A DNA stretch of 64,000 nt from a virus. The notes under the pieces are model-generated. The model saw nothing but the letters and a program-made list of their open reading frames with translations, made no database searches and was not told where the DNA came from. Every line of letters begins with the position of its first letter. The first letter of the stretch is position 1. Shown here piece after piece: positions 46,145-56,883 of the stretch. The stretch lies in the IMG/VR virus record IMGVR_UViG_3300025684_000010; one strand, written 5' to 3'. Both the position numbers and the translations under genes were made by a program.

Positions 46145-46824
46145 AAGCTTATATATTAACACATGACCATCCAACATCTCGAGAATACGCAAAGACTTGT
46201 TCTGATTCTTGCGATCTTGTTGGTTTAGATTGGGAGTACTTTGAAGGTTGGTCTCATTGTACTGGTCGTATGGCGTGGTGTGAAACCGGAATCAAAATGA
46301 AATTCCACGAACCTATGCTTTACGTTCCTGAACCAAACATGCATCACAAAGCAAACACATGTTCTGCAGGTCACGCTGCTATTTGGAAAAAGATCGCCGA
46401 AGGTGAAGATAACGTTGGTATTGTATTAGAACACGATGCTATTATGTATTATAAACCAGACATCAAAATACCGGATAACTATTTAATTACGTTAGGATAT
46501 AAATTATCAGAATTACGTTATGATTATAAAGAAGGTAATAAACAACCACGGAAATTGATTAATATAGATGGTCATGAAGGTGCCCATGCTTATATGATGA
46601 CAAAAAGAACAGCCCAAAACTTAATTCACGAAATAGAAGAGCAAGGTATATTAGGAGCAGTTGATAACGCATACTTTATTCGTGGACAGAGAAGAACCAA
46701 GATACCACTTGTGATTATGTCTCCAACCCCTGCTGTAGGATATTTAAGAGATTCTACGATATGGGATGAGTCAGCGCACGTTAACTACGAATTTATAGAC
46801 AGCTTCGCTAATTATTATAAATAA
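46141..46824 (+). CDS. GT25 (Lex1/LgtB-like) glycosyltransferase
   Basis: CSAGHAAIWKKI, VLEHDA, GAHAYMMTKRTA. Confidence 0.75.
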   Translation: MKAYILTHDHPTSREYAKTCSDSCDLVGLDWEYFEGWSHCTGRMAWCETGIKMKFHEPMLYVPEPNMHHKANTCSAGHAAIWKKIAEGEDNVGIVLEHDAIMYYKPDIKIPDNYLITLGYKLSELRYDYKEGNKQPRKLINIDGHEGAHAYMMTKRTAQNLIHEIEEQGILGAVDNAYFIRGQRRTKIPLVIMSPTPAVGYLRDSTIWDESAHVNYEFIDSFANYYK

Positions 46825-46859
46825 AAACATTAGCAAACTAAAAATTAGGAAATACTTAC

Positions 46860-48635
46860 ATGGATCGCTTAAACGAAGCAGATGATACATCGATTGCGGC
46901 TGGATCTGTAAAGGATTACACAGATACCGACAAAATAAAAGATTCTTCTAATAAAGATATCAAGAAGCGTAAAGATAAGAAAAAAGATCAAGACGAAAAC
47001 GATATCATTCAGAAAGATACCAAACGTACTTTTGATGCAACAAAGTATATTGATACTGAACCGCGCATTAACGAAGCTGTTACAGCAACAGCAGTTGCCA
47101 CATTTGGTCGTATGAATCCGCCAACAGTCGGTCATGAAAAATTAGTTAATGCGATTATCAAAAAAGCAATCTCGGTTAAAGGTACTCCATTAGTATACCT
47201 ATCAAAAACGCAAGATGCCAAAAAGAATCCATTATCGTATGATGATAAGATTAAGTTTGGTCAAGCTCTATTCGGTAAAAGGATGATTGTTAAATCAAAC
47301 GCAAAAACAATTATACAAGTTGCACAAGAATTACAAAAGAAAGGCTATAAGGATTTAGTTTTAGTTGTTGGTTCAGATAGAGTTAAAGAATTTGATACAT
47401 TGCTAAACAAATATAACGGTAAAGATTATACGTTTGATAGTATTGAAGTTGTTTCTGCTGGTGAACGTGATCCTGACTCTGATGGTGTTGATGGAATGTC
47501 AGCAAGCAAGATGAGAGCATTGGCAGCAGATGGTAATTTTGACGAATTCGTTAAAGGAATTCCAACAAGAAACGATAAAATAAGGTTAGACTTATATACA
47601 GCGGTTCGTGATGGATTGGGTATTAACGAACAAACCAATTTTGCGGTAAGTCAGTTTCTTGCAGAAAGAGTTAAGGCAGGTAAGGTTGATCCTTTATCAG
47701 CAATGGGTAAACAAAAACTAACAGGCGCTGAAGTTGCCAGTTATTATAAATCAAACCCAACTGCAAAATCTGCGGCTAATCGAGACAAGAATGTTAAATT
47801 AGCAATTGAACTTGCGTTGGATTTATCAGGTAATATGAATTACGCAGTTAAAGAAATTGATAAACTCAAACGCAATCTATCAAAACATCCTGAAGTTCAA
47901 AAGGCTTTAAGATCTGCAAATGAATCCTCCAACATTGACTTATATCGAGCAGCTTCTATTCAAGAAAGAATGCAGAAAGAAGCCGATAAAGAATCCAAAC
48001 AACAAAAACAACAACCTGGGTATTATAAAGATCTAGGTGGTTCTACTAAAGATAAACGTCAAGCACATTTCAATAAAAAGTCAAAGATGGACGACGACAA
48101 TCCTGATGCTTATGATAAGGCACCTGGTGATGCAGAAGCTAAAACAAAACCATCTAAGCATTCAAACAAGTTTAAGAAAATGTTTGGCGAAGCAGTAGAT
48201 CGTAATATGGAACGTGCAGGTTTAAAAAGACCACATCAACTATTAAGACAAGACAACACTGTTAACTTCGATTATAGATTCAAGATGTATCGTTCTGCCA
48301 AAGAAGCAGAAGCATTAGAGAAACAACGAGCAGTGATTGAATCAGAGATTACAGACCAAAGAATAGACGAGTTAGAACAGTTGATTGAACAAGTAGAATT
48401 CGTATCAGAAAAATCAAACCCTGAAAAATCATTAAAGGATAAAGCTGAGAAATCAGGAATGCCTTATGGTATATTAAAGAAAGTATTTGATAGAGGTGTT
48501 GCTGCTTGGAGAACAGGCCATCGTCCTGGTACAACTCCAGTACAATGGGGATTGGCAAGAGTAAATAGTTTTGCTACAAAATCACCAGGTACATGGGGTA
48601 AAGCTGATAAAGATTTGGCCGACAAAGTTAAATAA
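46860..48635 (+). CDS. T4-like cytidylyltransferase-domain virion protein with C-terminal DUF5824-like module
   Basis: FGRMNPPTVGHEKL, VVGSDRV, MSASKMR; tail KAEKSGMPYGILKKVFDRGVAAWRTGHRPG. Confidence 0.75.
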   Translation: MDRLNEADDTSIAAGSVKDYTDTDKIKDSSNKDIKKRKDKKKDQDENDIIQKDTKRTFDATKYIDTEPRINEAVTATAVATFGRMNPPTVGHEKLVNAIIKKAISVKGTPLVYLSKTQDAKKNPLSYDDKIKFGQALFGKRMIVKSNAKTIIQVAQELQKKGYKDLVLVVGSDRVKEFDTLLNKYNGKDYTFDSIEVVSAGERDPDSDGVDGMSASKMRALAADGNFDEFVKGIPTRNDKIRLDLYTAVRDGLGINEQTNFAVSQFLAERVKAGKVDPLSAMGKQKLTGAEVASYYKSNPTAKSAANRDKNVKLAIELALDLSGNMNYAVKEIDKLKRNLSKHPEVQKALRSANESSNIDLYRAASIQERMQKEADKESKQQKQQPGYYKDLGGSTKDKRQAHFNKKSKMDDDNPDAYDKAPGDAEAKTKPSKHSNKFKKMFGEAVDRNMERAGLKRPHQLLRQDNTVNFDYRFKMYRSAKEAEALEKQRAVIESEITDQRIDELEQLIEQVEFVSEKSNPEKSLKDKAEKSGMPYGILKKVFDRGVAAWRTGHRPGTTPVQWGLARVNSFATKSPGTWGKADKDLADKVK

Positions 48636-48793
48636 TGGATCGTATAAATAATATTAAAGAAGCCGGCGGAGCTGGTGATTGGGGAACCGATAAAGCTCGA
48701 GCAAGACTTCAAAAAGATACGCCTGGTCAAGAGATCGCGCGCAAAAAGAAATTAAAAACTTTTAAAGAATTTAAGGACCAGGAAACCAAATGA
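48635..48793 (+). CDS. 52-aa protein with GAGDWGT...KDTPGQ motif
   Basis: Manual translation; coupled at both ends (TAATG, ATGA). Confidence 0.6.
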   Translation: MDRINNIKEAGGAGDWGTDKARARLQKDTPGQEIARKKKLKTFKEFKDQETK

Positions 48794-51284
48794 AAAATTT
48801 TAGACAAGTATTGGAAGGCGTTGATGTAATCAGCGAGAACCTTTCTAAATCATCAAAGGAGTTGGCAAAAGAAATTGATACTGCTGCCAAGAAAGAATCA
48901 GGTGCAGATAAGGCAGATTATCAAACTGTTGCTAAACTTATATCCCAAAACAAACTTGACGACGCTAAAAAGATTATTGCTAAATTAGACACCGTCGTAC
49001 TTGAAGATTTGATTACCTTTATAATGGGCCATGAGGATGTATTCAAAGCAATGTATCCTAGAGCTCGTCCTGGTCAATACGCCGCTTCATTCGCAAGAAA
49101 GGAAAGTGTTGAGGAAGGTAAATTACCACCTGCTCTTCAAGCCTATCAAGATAAGAAGAATGGCAAGAAGCCTCAGGATGATGTTGAAGAAGCAATGTCA
49201 CCAGCTGATAAGGCAAAACGTCTTAAGATGATTAGGCAAGCTGTTGAAAAGATGAATAAGTCTAATATGGAAAGAGCAAAGAAAGATGCTCTCAAGATGA
49301 TGAAAGATTCTGGTATGTTTGACGAAGAACTTGAAGAAGCCGCACCTAAAATGAAGAAGCTTGGTTTCTACGGATCTGAGATCGGTGGTCTTAGACAAGG
49401 CAACAAATATTATTCAGCAAAACCTGTAGAAGTTCAAGGTAAAGTTGGATTCAGAGTAACCGATGAGTTTGGTGGTTTTGAAACAATTGATCTCAAAACA
49501 TTTGCGAAGAGATTCGGATAATGTCAAAATTATTTGAAGCAATGGCCGAGATCAAGTTAACTACTGAAAACATTCAGAAAGTTATTAAAATGTTTCCAAG
49601 AGATAACGATTGGAAGAACCTGATAACCAAACATCGTAGAGATATTGATGCTCTTCGAAGAGGTAAAGATTTACCAAAGAAAGTCGAAGACGAACTAATG
49701 CAATGGGCATTGGACAACGGCGAAATCAAAACTGACGACGTCGAAGAATTAGAAGATTTCATTGATAGTATTATGAATGAAGGTACCGATAAACAGATTG
49801 CTGAAGGTTTACCAAATCAAAAACAATTAGAAAAAGATATCATGGACTTTATGAAAGATGGTCGTTCTGATGGTATTACTGGTTTGATGGGTGTCTCTAA
49901 AAGTTTAGAACAGAAATATAAAGTTGGTCCTGCAGTCGCAAGAACAGCAGTTAAAAAATTATTAAGTGATATCGTCAACGGAACATACAAAGGTTAATTA
50001 TGTTATCTTATAACCAATTCGTCACTGAAAAGTGCTGGGACGGATACAAACAAGTTGGAATGAAAAAGAAGAACGGCAAAGACGTTCCAAATTGTGTACC
50101 CGAATCCAAGGAGTTGGAAGAATTGACTACTTCACAGTTAATTAAGAAGTTAGCAGCTGATACGATATTCAAAAAGAAATACGGCCAAGCGGTCGCCAAA
50201 GTAAAAGAAATCATGTTTAAACATGGTGACAAACCTCGACATGGTAAAGAATATTACGCAGGCAAGATTGCGAATCAGTTTGGTCTTGATCCTCACGTCC
50301 TTGCTATAATGATTGATGAACAGTTATCAGAAGGTTCAGAATCATGGGATGACGGATATAAACGCCGAGTTGTTAAAACAACAAAACCAGAACACAAAGA
50401 ACAAGGTTATAATTGGCGCATCAAAGGCAAAGATAAAGATAACCTATCAATCAAACTATATAAAACTAAACCAGATCAAGCAGAATTTGAAAAACAAATG
50501 AAGCGGGTCGCTGGACATGAATTCGGAGGATAAAATGTCAAAGGAATTAACAAGGCAAGAAAGATTAGATGCAGAGATCAAAAAAAGTCTTGATGCAAGA
50601 ACAAAAGAATTTAAAGAAAAAATCCAAAAGCTAACTTATGAAAAAATTAAGCAAGCTTTAGTGCCTTCAAAGGAACCATTAAAAGGTTATCCGCATAACG
50701 AAAGTATGCTCGAGGCTTCCGATCCTTGGCAGGATGATATAGATTACCTTAGCAAATTAGATAAGACTGATCCTAAAAAGGCAGCAGCGTTTAGAAAAAG
50801 AACTAAAGCACTTAAGAAGGGCGGTGGCTGGAATTTAGCAGGAAAGCCAACTCCTGAACAAAAGAAGATTATGCAACAAATGGATAGGGATGCCAAGAAA
50901 AAGCACCCCAATTTATATAGAGAAGAAGTTACTATTTCAATAGACGAATCCGTTAACGAAGCTCTTAAAGCTGGTAAAGGAAAAGGACTTGCTGATATTG
51001 ATTACGTAGGTGATAGAAAGTTAACTCAGAAAATCGAAAAGATGTTCAACATTAAGATCAAGCAGACAGGTAATACTACTGCTGATGTTACTGGAGAAAA
51101 GAAAGATATTTTAAACTTTTTACAGAAACATTACTATTACGATAATTTAGACGTTATGGAGCTACATCCTGAGATCGTTGAAGATATTGAAGAAGTAAAA
51201 GTTCCTGCTAACTATGCTGCTATGATGGCCAAGAAAAAGGCTGCTGCTGCAAAGGCTGCTGCTGCAGATAAGCGTAAAAAATAG
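48790..51284 (+). other. Four K/E-rich late proteins (48790-49521, 49521-49997, 50000-50533, 50517-51284), probable internal head proteins
   Basis: CTS-like starts, repeated (L/V)xE|A/G segments, and a CWDGY...VPNCVP module in the 50000 ORF. Confidence 0.6.
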
Positions 51285-51313
51285 TTGACATTTAGTCACA
51301 GAGTTGATATAAT
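51285..51313 (+). promoter_or_regulatory. Sigma70-consensus promoter
   Basis: TTGACA-N17-TATAAT just before the RimK-like gene. Confidence 0.75.
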
Positions 51314-51319
51314 AATATA

Positions 51320-52768
51320 ATGAAAACCATATCTGAATACAGAATATCCCCGCTCGAAGAGGAAGCAGAAATTGTTCCTTATAACGAGCTGCATATTGTT
51401 GTATTAGGTACAGGAGATGGTGACGGTACTTTTGCTGATATTGTTGAAGAAGTTTCTGTTAAGAGAGATATTAAATACGATTTCGTTGATATAACAAAAT
51501 CGTGGATTGCTGACTCTGATATTGACATCGGAACTGTAAAGCTTCGTAATGTTGATGGCAAAGATAAAGATATTGAGATTGAAACACATAACTCAATTGT
51601 ATTTGTAAGAGCAGGAGCAATCGGTACGCTTTCCTCTCAAGCGTTTGTATCCTCTTTACAAGATATTGGCTTTTTGCTTGTTAACGATTTAGAATCTATG
51701 TTAGTCTGTGATAACAAAATGTCCAACGCATTATTGTTAGGTCGTAACAATATACCGATTCCAAGAACATCATCTATACCCAACGAACAATCTATCGAAG
51801 ACGCTCATAAACGAGTAGGTGGAAAGTTCCCTGTTATTATTAAAACACTTAAAGGAACTCAAGGTGTTGGTGTAATGAAGATTGATAGTATGTCATCTTT
51901 AACAGGTGTATGTCAATCGTTATGGAAATACGATGCTGATTTGTTAATACAAGAATTCTTTGAAATGAAATCAGATGTACGTACTCTACTTGTAGGTGGT
52001 AAGATCATTGCTGCGGCAGAAAGAATACGAGCACCAGATAACAAAGACTTTAGAAACAATGTTCACCAAGGTGCAACAACAGAACCATACGATTTATCAA
52101 AGAAAGAGATCGCAGTAATTAAAGCAGCCGCAAGAGCAACAGGCGCAGTTTATTGTGGTGTAGATCATTTCGTTGACGATAAAGGCAATCCTTATATTAT
52201 CGAAGTAAACGGTTCTCCAGGAATTCGTTCTCACTTTGAAGGATACGATCCTTGGACAGAAGAAAAGACAGGTAAGATTTCTGATAAAGAAGTAGTTGAG
52301 CTCGTTATACAATTCTTTTCTAAAGATGTTAATAGGCGACCAATCTTTAGACAAGAAGCGGGATATCTTGAGACGATTATATTTACGGGAATGGAAAAGA
52401 ATCCTGTTCGTGCAAAGTTTGACACAGGTAACAGTGCAAAGGCAAGTATGTTACATGTTGATTCCATGGATGTTAAAAATGGAAAAGTTACTTGGACAAA
52501 GAACGGATATAAGTTCGAAGATAAATTATTGTATATCTCAAAACCAATGAGAGGTCAAAAACCATTTGATGAAAGACCTGTAATAGAACATGAGATACAC
52601 TTTAACAACAAAACTTATATTGCTGAAATTGCGTTATCAGTGAAAGATACTGCATCAGAAATGTTAGTGAATAGAAAGTTAATGACTAAGTTTAAAATTG
52701 CGGTGAATCCTAACAGACGATTCATACTGTCAAACAAAACAGAAAGAAACGACAAATCGGATCACTAA
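51320..52768 (+). CDS. RimK-like ATP-grasp ligase fused to a DTG aspartic-type (RimB/Zn_protease-family) protease
   Basis: NKMSN...IPIPRT, FPVIIKTLKGTQGVGV, IQEF, DVR, FRNNVHQG, GVD, EVNGSPG; C-terminal AKFDTGN. Confidence 0.82.
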   Translation: MKTISEYRISPLEEEAEIVPYNELHIVVLGTGDGDGTFADIVEEVSVKRDIKYDFVDITKSWIADSDIDIGTVKLRNVDGKDKDIEIETHNSIVFVRAGAIGTLSSQAFVSSLQDIGFLLVNDLESMLVCDNKMSNALLLGRNNIPIPRTSSIPNEQSIEDAHKRVGGKFPVIIKTLKGTQGVGVMKIDSMSSLTGVCQSLWKYDADLLIQEFFEMKSDVRTLLVGGKIIAAAERIRAPDNKDFRNNVHQGATTEPYDLSKKEIAVIKAAARATGAVYCGVDHFVDDKGNPYIIEVNGSPGIRSHFEGYDPWTEEKTGKISDKEVVELVIQFFSKDVNRRPIFRQEAGYLETIIFTGMEKNPVRAKFDTGNSAKASMLHVDSMDVKNGKVTWTKNGYKFEDKLLYISKPMRGQKPFDERPVIEHEIHFNNKTYIAEIALSVKDTASEMLVNRKLMTKFKIAVNPNRRFILSNKTERNDKSDH

Positions 52769-53139
52769 TGAAAAAATTTACAGAGTGGAAACATGAAGGT
52801 TTCGGATTATATGAAGGAGTTACTGTTCCTTTAGAAAGTCCTATGATTGAATTAGAAGAAGAACCAGAATTGAATTCACCTAAACGGTCAAGTGGAGATA
52901 AGAAGTATGTTGTCTATGTTAGAAACCCTGACACAGGTAATATCAAAAAGATTGAGTTCGGTGATGAGAAAGGCGGACTTACAGCTAAGATTAATGACAG
53001 AGAAGCCGCTAAGAATTTCGCAAGTCGACACAATTGCGATACTAAAACAGATAAAATGTCTGCAGGATACTGGGCCTGTAGATTACCTAAATATGCAAAA
53101 GGTCTTGGCCTCAAGGGAGGTGGTAGTTATTTCTGGTAA
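52768..53139 (+). CDS. Conserved T4-like late protein (VYV.NP...KIEFGD...FASRHNC...AGYWAC)
   Basis: CTS-like leader MKKFTEWKHE. Confidence 0.65.
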   Translation: MKKFTEWKHEGFGLYEGVTVPLESPMIELEEEPELNSPKRSSGDKKYVVYVRNPDTGNIKKIEFGDEKGGLTAKINDREAAKNFASRHNCDTKTDKMSAGYWACRLPKYAKGLGLKGGGSYFW

Positions 53140-53389
53140 ACCATATACGGATCTTGATGATATTCGTACATTTGATATTAATGAAGATCAGTCGGAGTTT
53201 GTTTGGCACAGAGATAAAGAAGACCGTTTAGTTGAAGTAATATCAGGAAATGGTTGGCAATTTCAACCAGAAAATTGTTTACCATTGTTATTACAACCAG
53301 GGATAAAGTTTAAGATCAAAGAAGGTGAATACCATCGTTTGATTAAAGGTATTGATAATTTACAGATTCGGATAACGAAACTGTTATAA
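53120..53389 (+). CDS. Small cupin-fold protein
   Basis: WHRDKEDR...YHRLIKG; start uncertain. Confidence 0.55.
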   Translation: MVVISGKPYTDLDDIRTFDINEDQSEFVWHRDKEDRLVEVISGNGWQFQPENCLPLLLQPGIKFKIKEGEYHRLIKGIDNLQIRITKLL

Positions 53390-53439
53390 ATAAACATAGA
53401 ACATATAAATTAGCTTAAAAAGTTTTAAGGGAGAAAGAA

Positions 53440-54343
53440 ATGAGTTGGAAAGAAATTATCGAGAGTAAAATTGACACTAAGATGTCAGCTGCTATTCAAA
53501 AGAAAATTGGAGTGGTTAGTGAAAGAACTGTTGAAGAAGAAAACGAATATCAGAAATTCTTTCAAAAGGCGCTTAAAAAGTTTGGAATCGAATCACCAGC
53601 AGAGCTAGAAGACGACGCAGCGAAGAAGAAATTCTTTGATTACGTTGATGCAAACTGGAAAGGAGATGACGAAAAGGCAGAGGGTACTGAAGCTCAGGAT
53701 TCTATCAAGCCTTCAAAGAAAAAGGATTTGGCTGCTAGCAATTGCGGCGGTTAATCCATTATATTATAGGAGTAAATTATGTTTTTGATTGAATGGATTA
53801 AAGGCTTATTTTCTAAAGACGAAGTCACTCCTGCTAAAGTAGACCCAGTGAAGGAGCCAAAGAAGGCTGCTACTGCAAAAGGTCCTCAAGTTACTAAAGC
53901 TGCGTTAGGTAAACTAACAAAAGCTGGACTTGAAGAAGCTGGTCGTAAAGCAGGTATTGAACTCGATAAAAGAAAAAAGAAAGCCGATTTAGTTAATGAA
54001 CTTTATAAAGTTTTAAAATAATAAAAATAAAATTAGGAGAATAACAATGGCACTATGGGGAAAAACAGACGCGGCAGCAAGCGTACCAAAGTGGCTCGAA
54101 ACCGCAGCAGGAAATACTAATAAGTCTAATGATGAAGACAACGCAGTCTTTGTTGACTTAACAGAAGCAGGTGTCGCAGCAAACAGAGCCAAAGGTCTTA
54201 CCGGTCCAGGTTGGTGGTTGTATCATACAGCAGGTGGAAGACACCACGCTGAGTGTTTAGTACCAATGAAAGTTACAGCAGTTGCTGCTGGTGACTTAGG
54301 TGTTGATGGTACAGGTGACGATGCAGTTGTAGCTGACGCTTAA
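53440..54343 (+). other. Three small late ORFs (53440-53754, 53779-54021 with HeH-like C-terminus, 54047-54343 MALWG-type virion protein)
   Basis: Downstream of the late promoter at 53385; good RBSs. Confidence 0.6.
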
Positions 54344-54367
54344 TCTAAAAACATTGCCTTTATTGTT

Positions 54368-54742
54368 ATGAATTTGACTGAATCAACCTTTCTGCTATAC
54401 GCGATGAAACACTATGACAACCCTCAGTGTACTGAGATGTCAGAGTTCGAAGAGGATATTAAGAGATTTCAATATCTCCGTAAACTCTTTAGTCGATATA
54501 GACAAGATGGAGATCTGAAGGAAAGGTTAATTCTAAACCATCTCATTGTTATATTCAATGTGTTTGGTCCGCAGGCAACAAATATGTTATTCATGAGATT
54601 ACATGAGTATCACGAATATTTAAAACCATTCGTACTATATTTGAATTATATGCCAGAACTGTTAGTATACGATGATATGGCGGTAAACGCAGACTCCATT
54701 AATGGTGATCTGTTTATCGAAACAAGGCTTAGGGAAATTTAA
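54368..54742 (+). CDS. Conserved T4-like hypothetical protein
   Basis: YAMKHYDNPQC...ERLILNHLI..FNVFG. Confidence 0.7.
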   Translation: MNLTESTFLLYAMKHYDNPQCTEMSEFEEDIKRFQYLRKLFSRYRQDGDLKERLILNHLIVIFNVFGPQATNMLFMRLHEYHEYLKPFVLYLNYMPELLVYDDMAVNADSINGDLFIETRLREI

Positions 54743-55501
54743 ATGGTAGTAGATTTATTCTTAGTGTACTCATTTATCAAAAGGCTAGTTATGCCCTTTG
54801 AAAAGTGGGAGGCATATAAGGAAGGAATTATTGATGAGAAGGGAAATCTCCTAATCAAACGTAAAGACTTCGTAAAGAATAGTCAGAAATCTGCGTTTGG
54901 TATTTTTGACCAAATGATATTGAATCTGAAGAAACTATTAGGTAAACTTCCTGGTGGGCAAACTAAACTTGCGTCTTACGCTTCAGCCTTATGGTTGATA
55001 CGTGAACAGCAAAGAATCGAAGCTACTAACTATTTAACAGAGGAATCTGTTGAAGAAGATTTAGAAATTGCGCTAGAAAGGTTTCTATCTGAAAACGAAA
55101 CGTTAATTGCTGAAGCAGCAAAACGCGAGATTGACGAAGAACCTGCTAATGCAGTCGGTGGTGGTAACATTGCCGGTTTAGGAATAGGACCTGATGGCGA
55201 ACCAGGTGTTTCTAAAAAGAATCAAAAGAAACATAAGAAACGTATTCGAGATATTATGGGTACGGTCAAAATGGAAGATGCGGTTGCTGCAGCTAATCTT
55301 AAAGCAAGACAGGCAGGCGAACTTGATACTATGAAAGATCGTCAAGATAAAGATAAAGAAAGAATTAAATTAAAACATGCTGCTGAAGTCGAAAGACAGA
55401 AGACTCAAGACGAAGTCGAAAAGGAGCGTGAGAAACGTAAACAAGAACGTGATAAAGAACGTGCAGCCGCTAAACAATCAATGGGATCTTCTGCAGGTTA
55501 A
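54743..55501 (+). CDS. Conserved T4-like late protein with charged tail
   Basis: DLFLVYSFIKRL..PFEKWEAYKEGIIDEKG. Confidence 0.7.
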   Translation: MVVDLFLVYSFIKRLVMPFEKWEAYKEGIIDEKGNLLIKRKDFVKNSQKSAFGIFDQMILNLKKLLGKLPGGQTKLASYASALWLIREQQRIEATNYLTEESVEEDLEIALERFLSENETLIAEAAKREIDEEPANAVGGGNIAGLGIGPDGEPGVSKKNQKKHKKRIRDIMGTVKMEDAVAAANLKARQAGELDTMKDRQDKDKERIKLKHAAEVERQKTQDEVEKEREKRKQERDKERAAAKQSMGSSAG

Positions 55502-55516
55502 CAAAGGAAAACAAAA

Positions 55517-56367
55517 ATGAAATCGTTTAACCAATACTCATCTGAACAAGAACAACTAGAAGAAGGCAAAGTTTCAATTGCCAAACTAAAAGTTGGCCTA
55601 GCTATGACTCCTATGTGGACAGGTCGTAGTGCAAAAAACTACGGTATCGCAGGACAGGCTGTTTATGACGGAAAAGTAAAGGTTCTAGGAATGGGAATTG
55701 TACCTTTTGGTAAAAAAGCAGAAAAGAGACATATAATCGCAAAAGATTACAAAGACGCTCAAACCAAGTATAATGATGTTTGGAATACAGAAGAAATTAA
55801 ATATGGTCGTTTTTGGAATGCTCAACACCGTATGAAAACTTTCTTTGGCAAAATTGCAGATTCTGATAAGAAAATTGAAAACGGTTTCGTATGTTGGATT
55901 TGGGAAGTAGTAGACGGACCATCTAAAGGTACAGTACATTATTGCTTTATTGACTCTGATGAGAAATGGGCAATTAGTTATTTAAATAAATCTGCTGAAT
56001 TTGAAATGATTACCTAATGCCTACATACGATAAGCAATTAGAATTAGTTGAAGTATTAAAAATTGATACGGATAACACCGTTAAGAAAGTTACCATAAGC
56101 GTTAAAACTTATGATGAAGCCGTTGGAACTTCTGTATTTTCTAAACAGCCTATGATTGCTGTATTGAGTGCAGAAGATTATGCTAATAGCTCAGTAACAA
56201 AAGTTACAACAGCAAACACCGCGGTTGATATTACATTATGGGGATATGCATATGCAGGTGGTGATAATTACTATGCAAATAATATTCAGGGTTACGCAGA
56301 GAGTCAAGTTGAGTCCTTATTACAGTTTCAAGGAACAACTTCAGTAGATATATCTACGTTATCATAG
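55517..56367 (+). other. Two hypothetical late ORFs (55517-56017 with CTS-like leader; 56017-56367)
   Basis: ORF track; MKSFNQYSSE leader. Confidence 0.55.
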
Positions 56368-56379
56368 AGAGGAAAAGAA

Positions 56380-56847
56380 ATGTTTTTTAAAGATACGAAA
56401 TTAGACCGTGAAGCGGTATTTGAACAATTGAAGATTGATGAGGGTGTCGTATATGAAGTTTATAAAGACCATCTTGGGTATCCAACCTTCGGAGTGGGAC
56501 ACCTCGTTTTGGACTCAGATCCAGAATACGGCGCTGAAGTTGGAACTCCAGTTACGGAAGAACGAGTTAAAGAATGCTTCGATAGAGATATCGAGATTGC
56601 AGTCTCCGAGTGTGATCGCCTATACGAAGACGGGGTGTTTGGAGACTTACCCGACGAAGTCCAGCAGATACTGGTCAACATGATGTTTAACATGGGTCGT
56701 ACTCGTTTAAGCAAATTCAAGAAAATGCACGCAGCCATTCTCGAAGGAGATTGGAAAGAAGCCGCTGTTGAGGGTAGAGATTCTCAATGGCACAAACAAG
56801 TTACTAACCGAGCCGAGAGATTAATGGTTCGTTTAGAAAATGTATAA
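56380..56847 (+). CDS. Endolysin, T4-lysozyme (GH24) family
   Basis: DEG...YKDHLGYPTFGVGH, NMMFNMG, DSQWHKQVTNRAERL. Confidence 0.9.
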   Translation: MFFKDTKLDREAVFEQLKIDEGVVYEVYKDHLGYPTFGVGHLVLDSDPEYGAEVGTPVTEERVKECFDRDIEIAVSECDRLYEDGVFGDLPDEVQQILVNMMFNMGRTRLSKFKKMHAAILEGDWKEAAVEGRDSQWHKQVTNRAERLMVRLENV

Positions 56848-56883
56848 ATAAATTTACTAACAATATAATATGGAGAATACAAC

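Noticed and set aside
51225-51284. GCT-rich repeats encoding KKKAAAAKAAAADKRKK
   Set aside because: Low-complexity protein tail, not a DNA repeat element.
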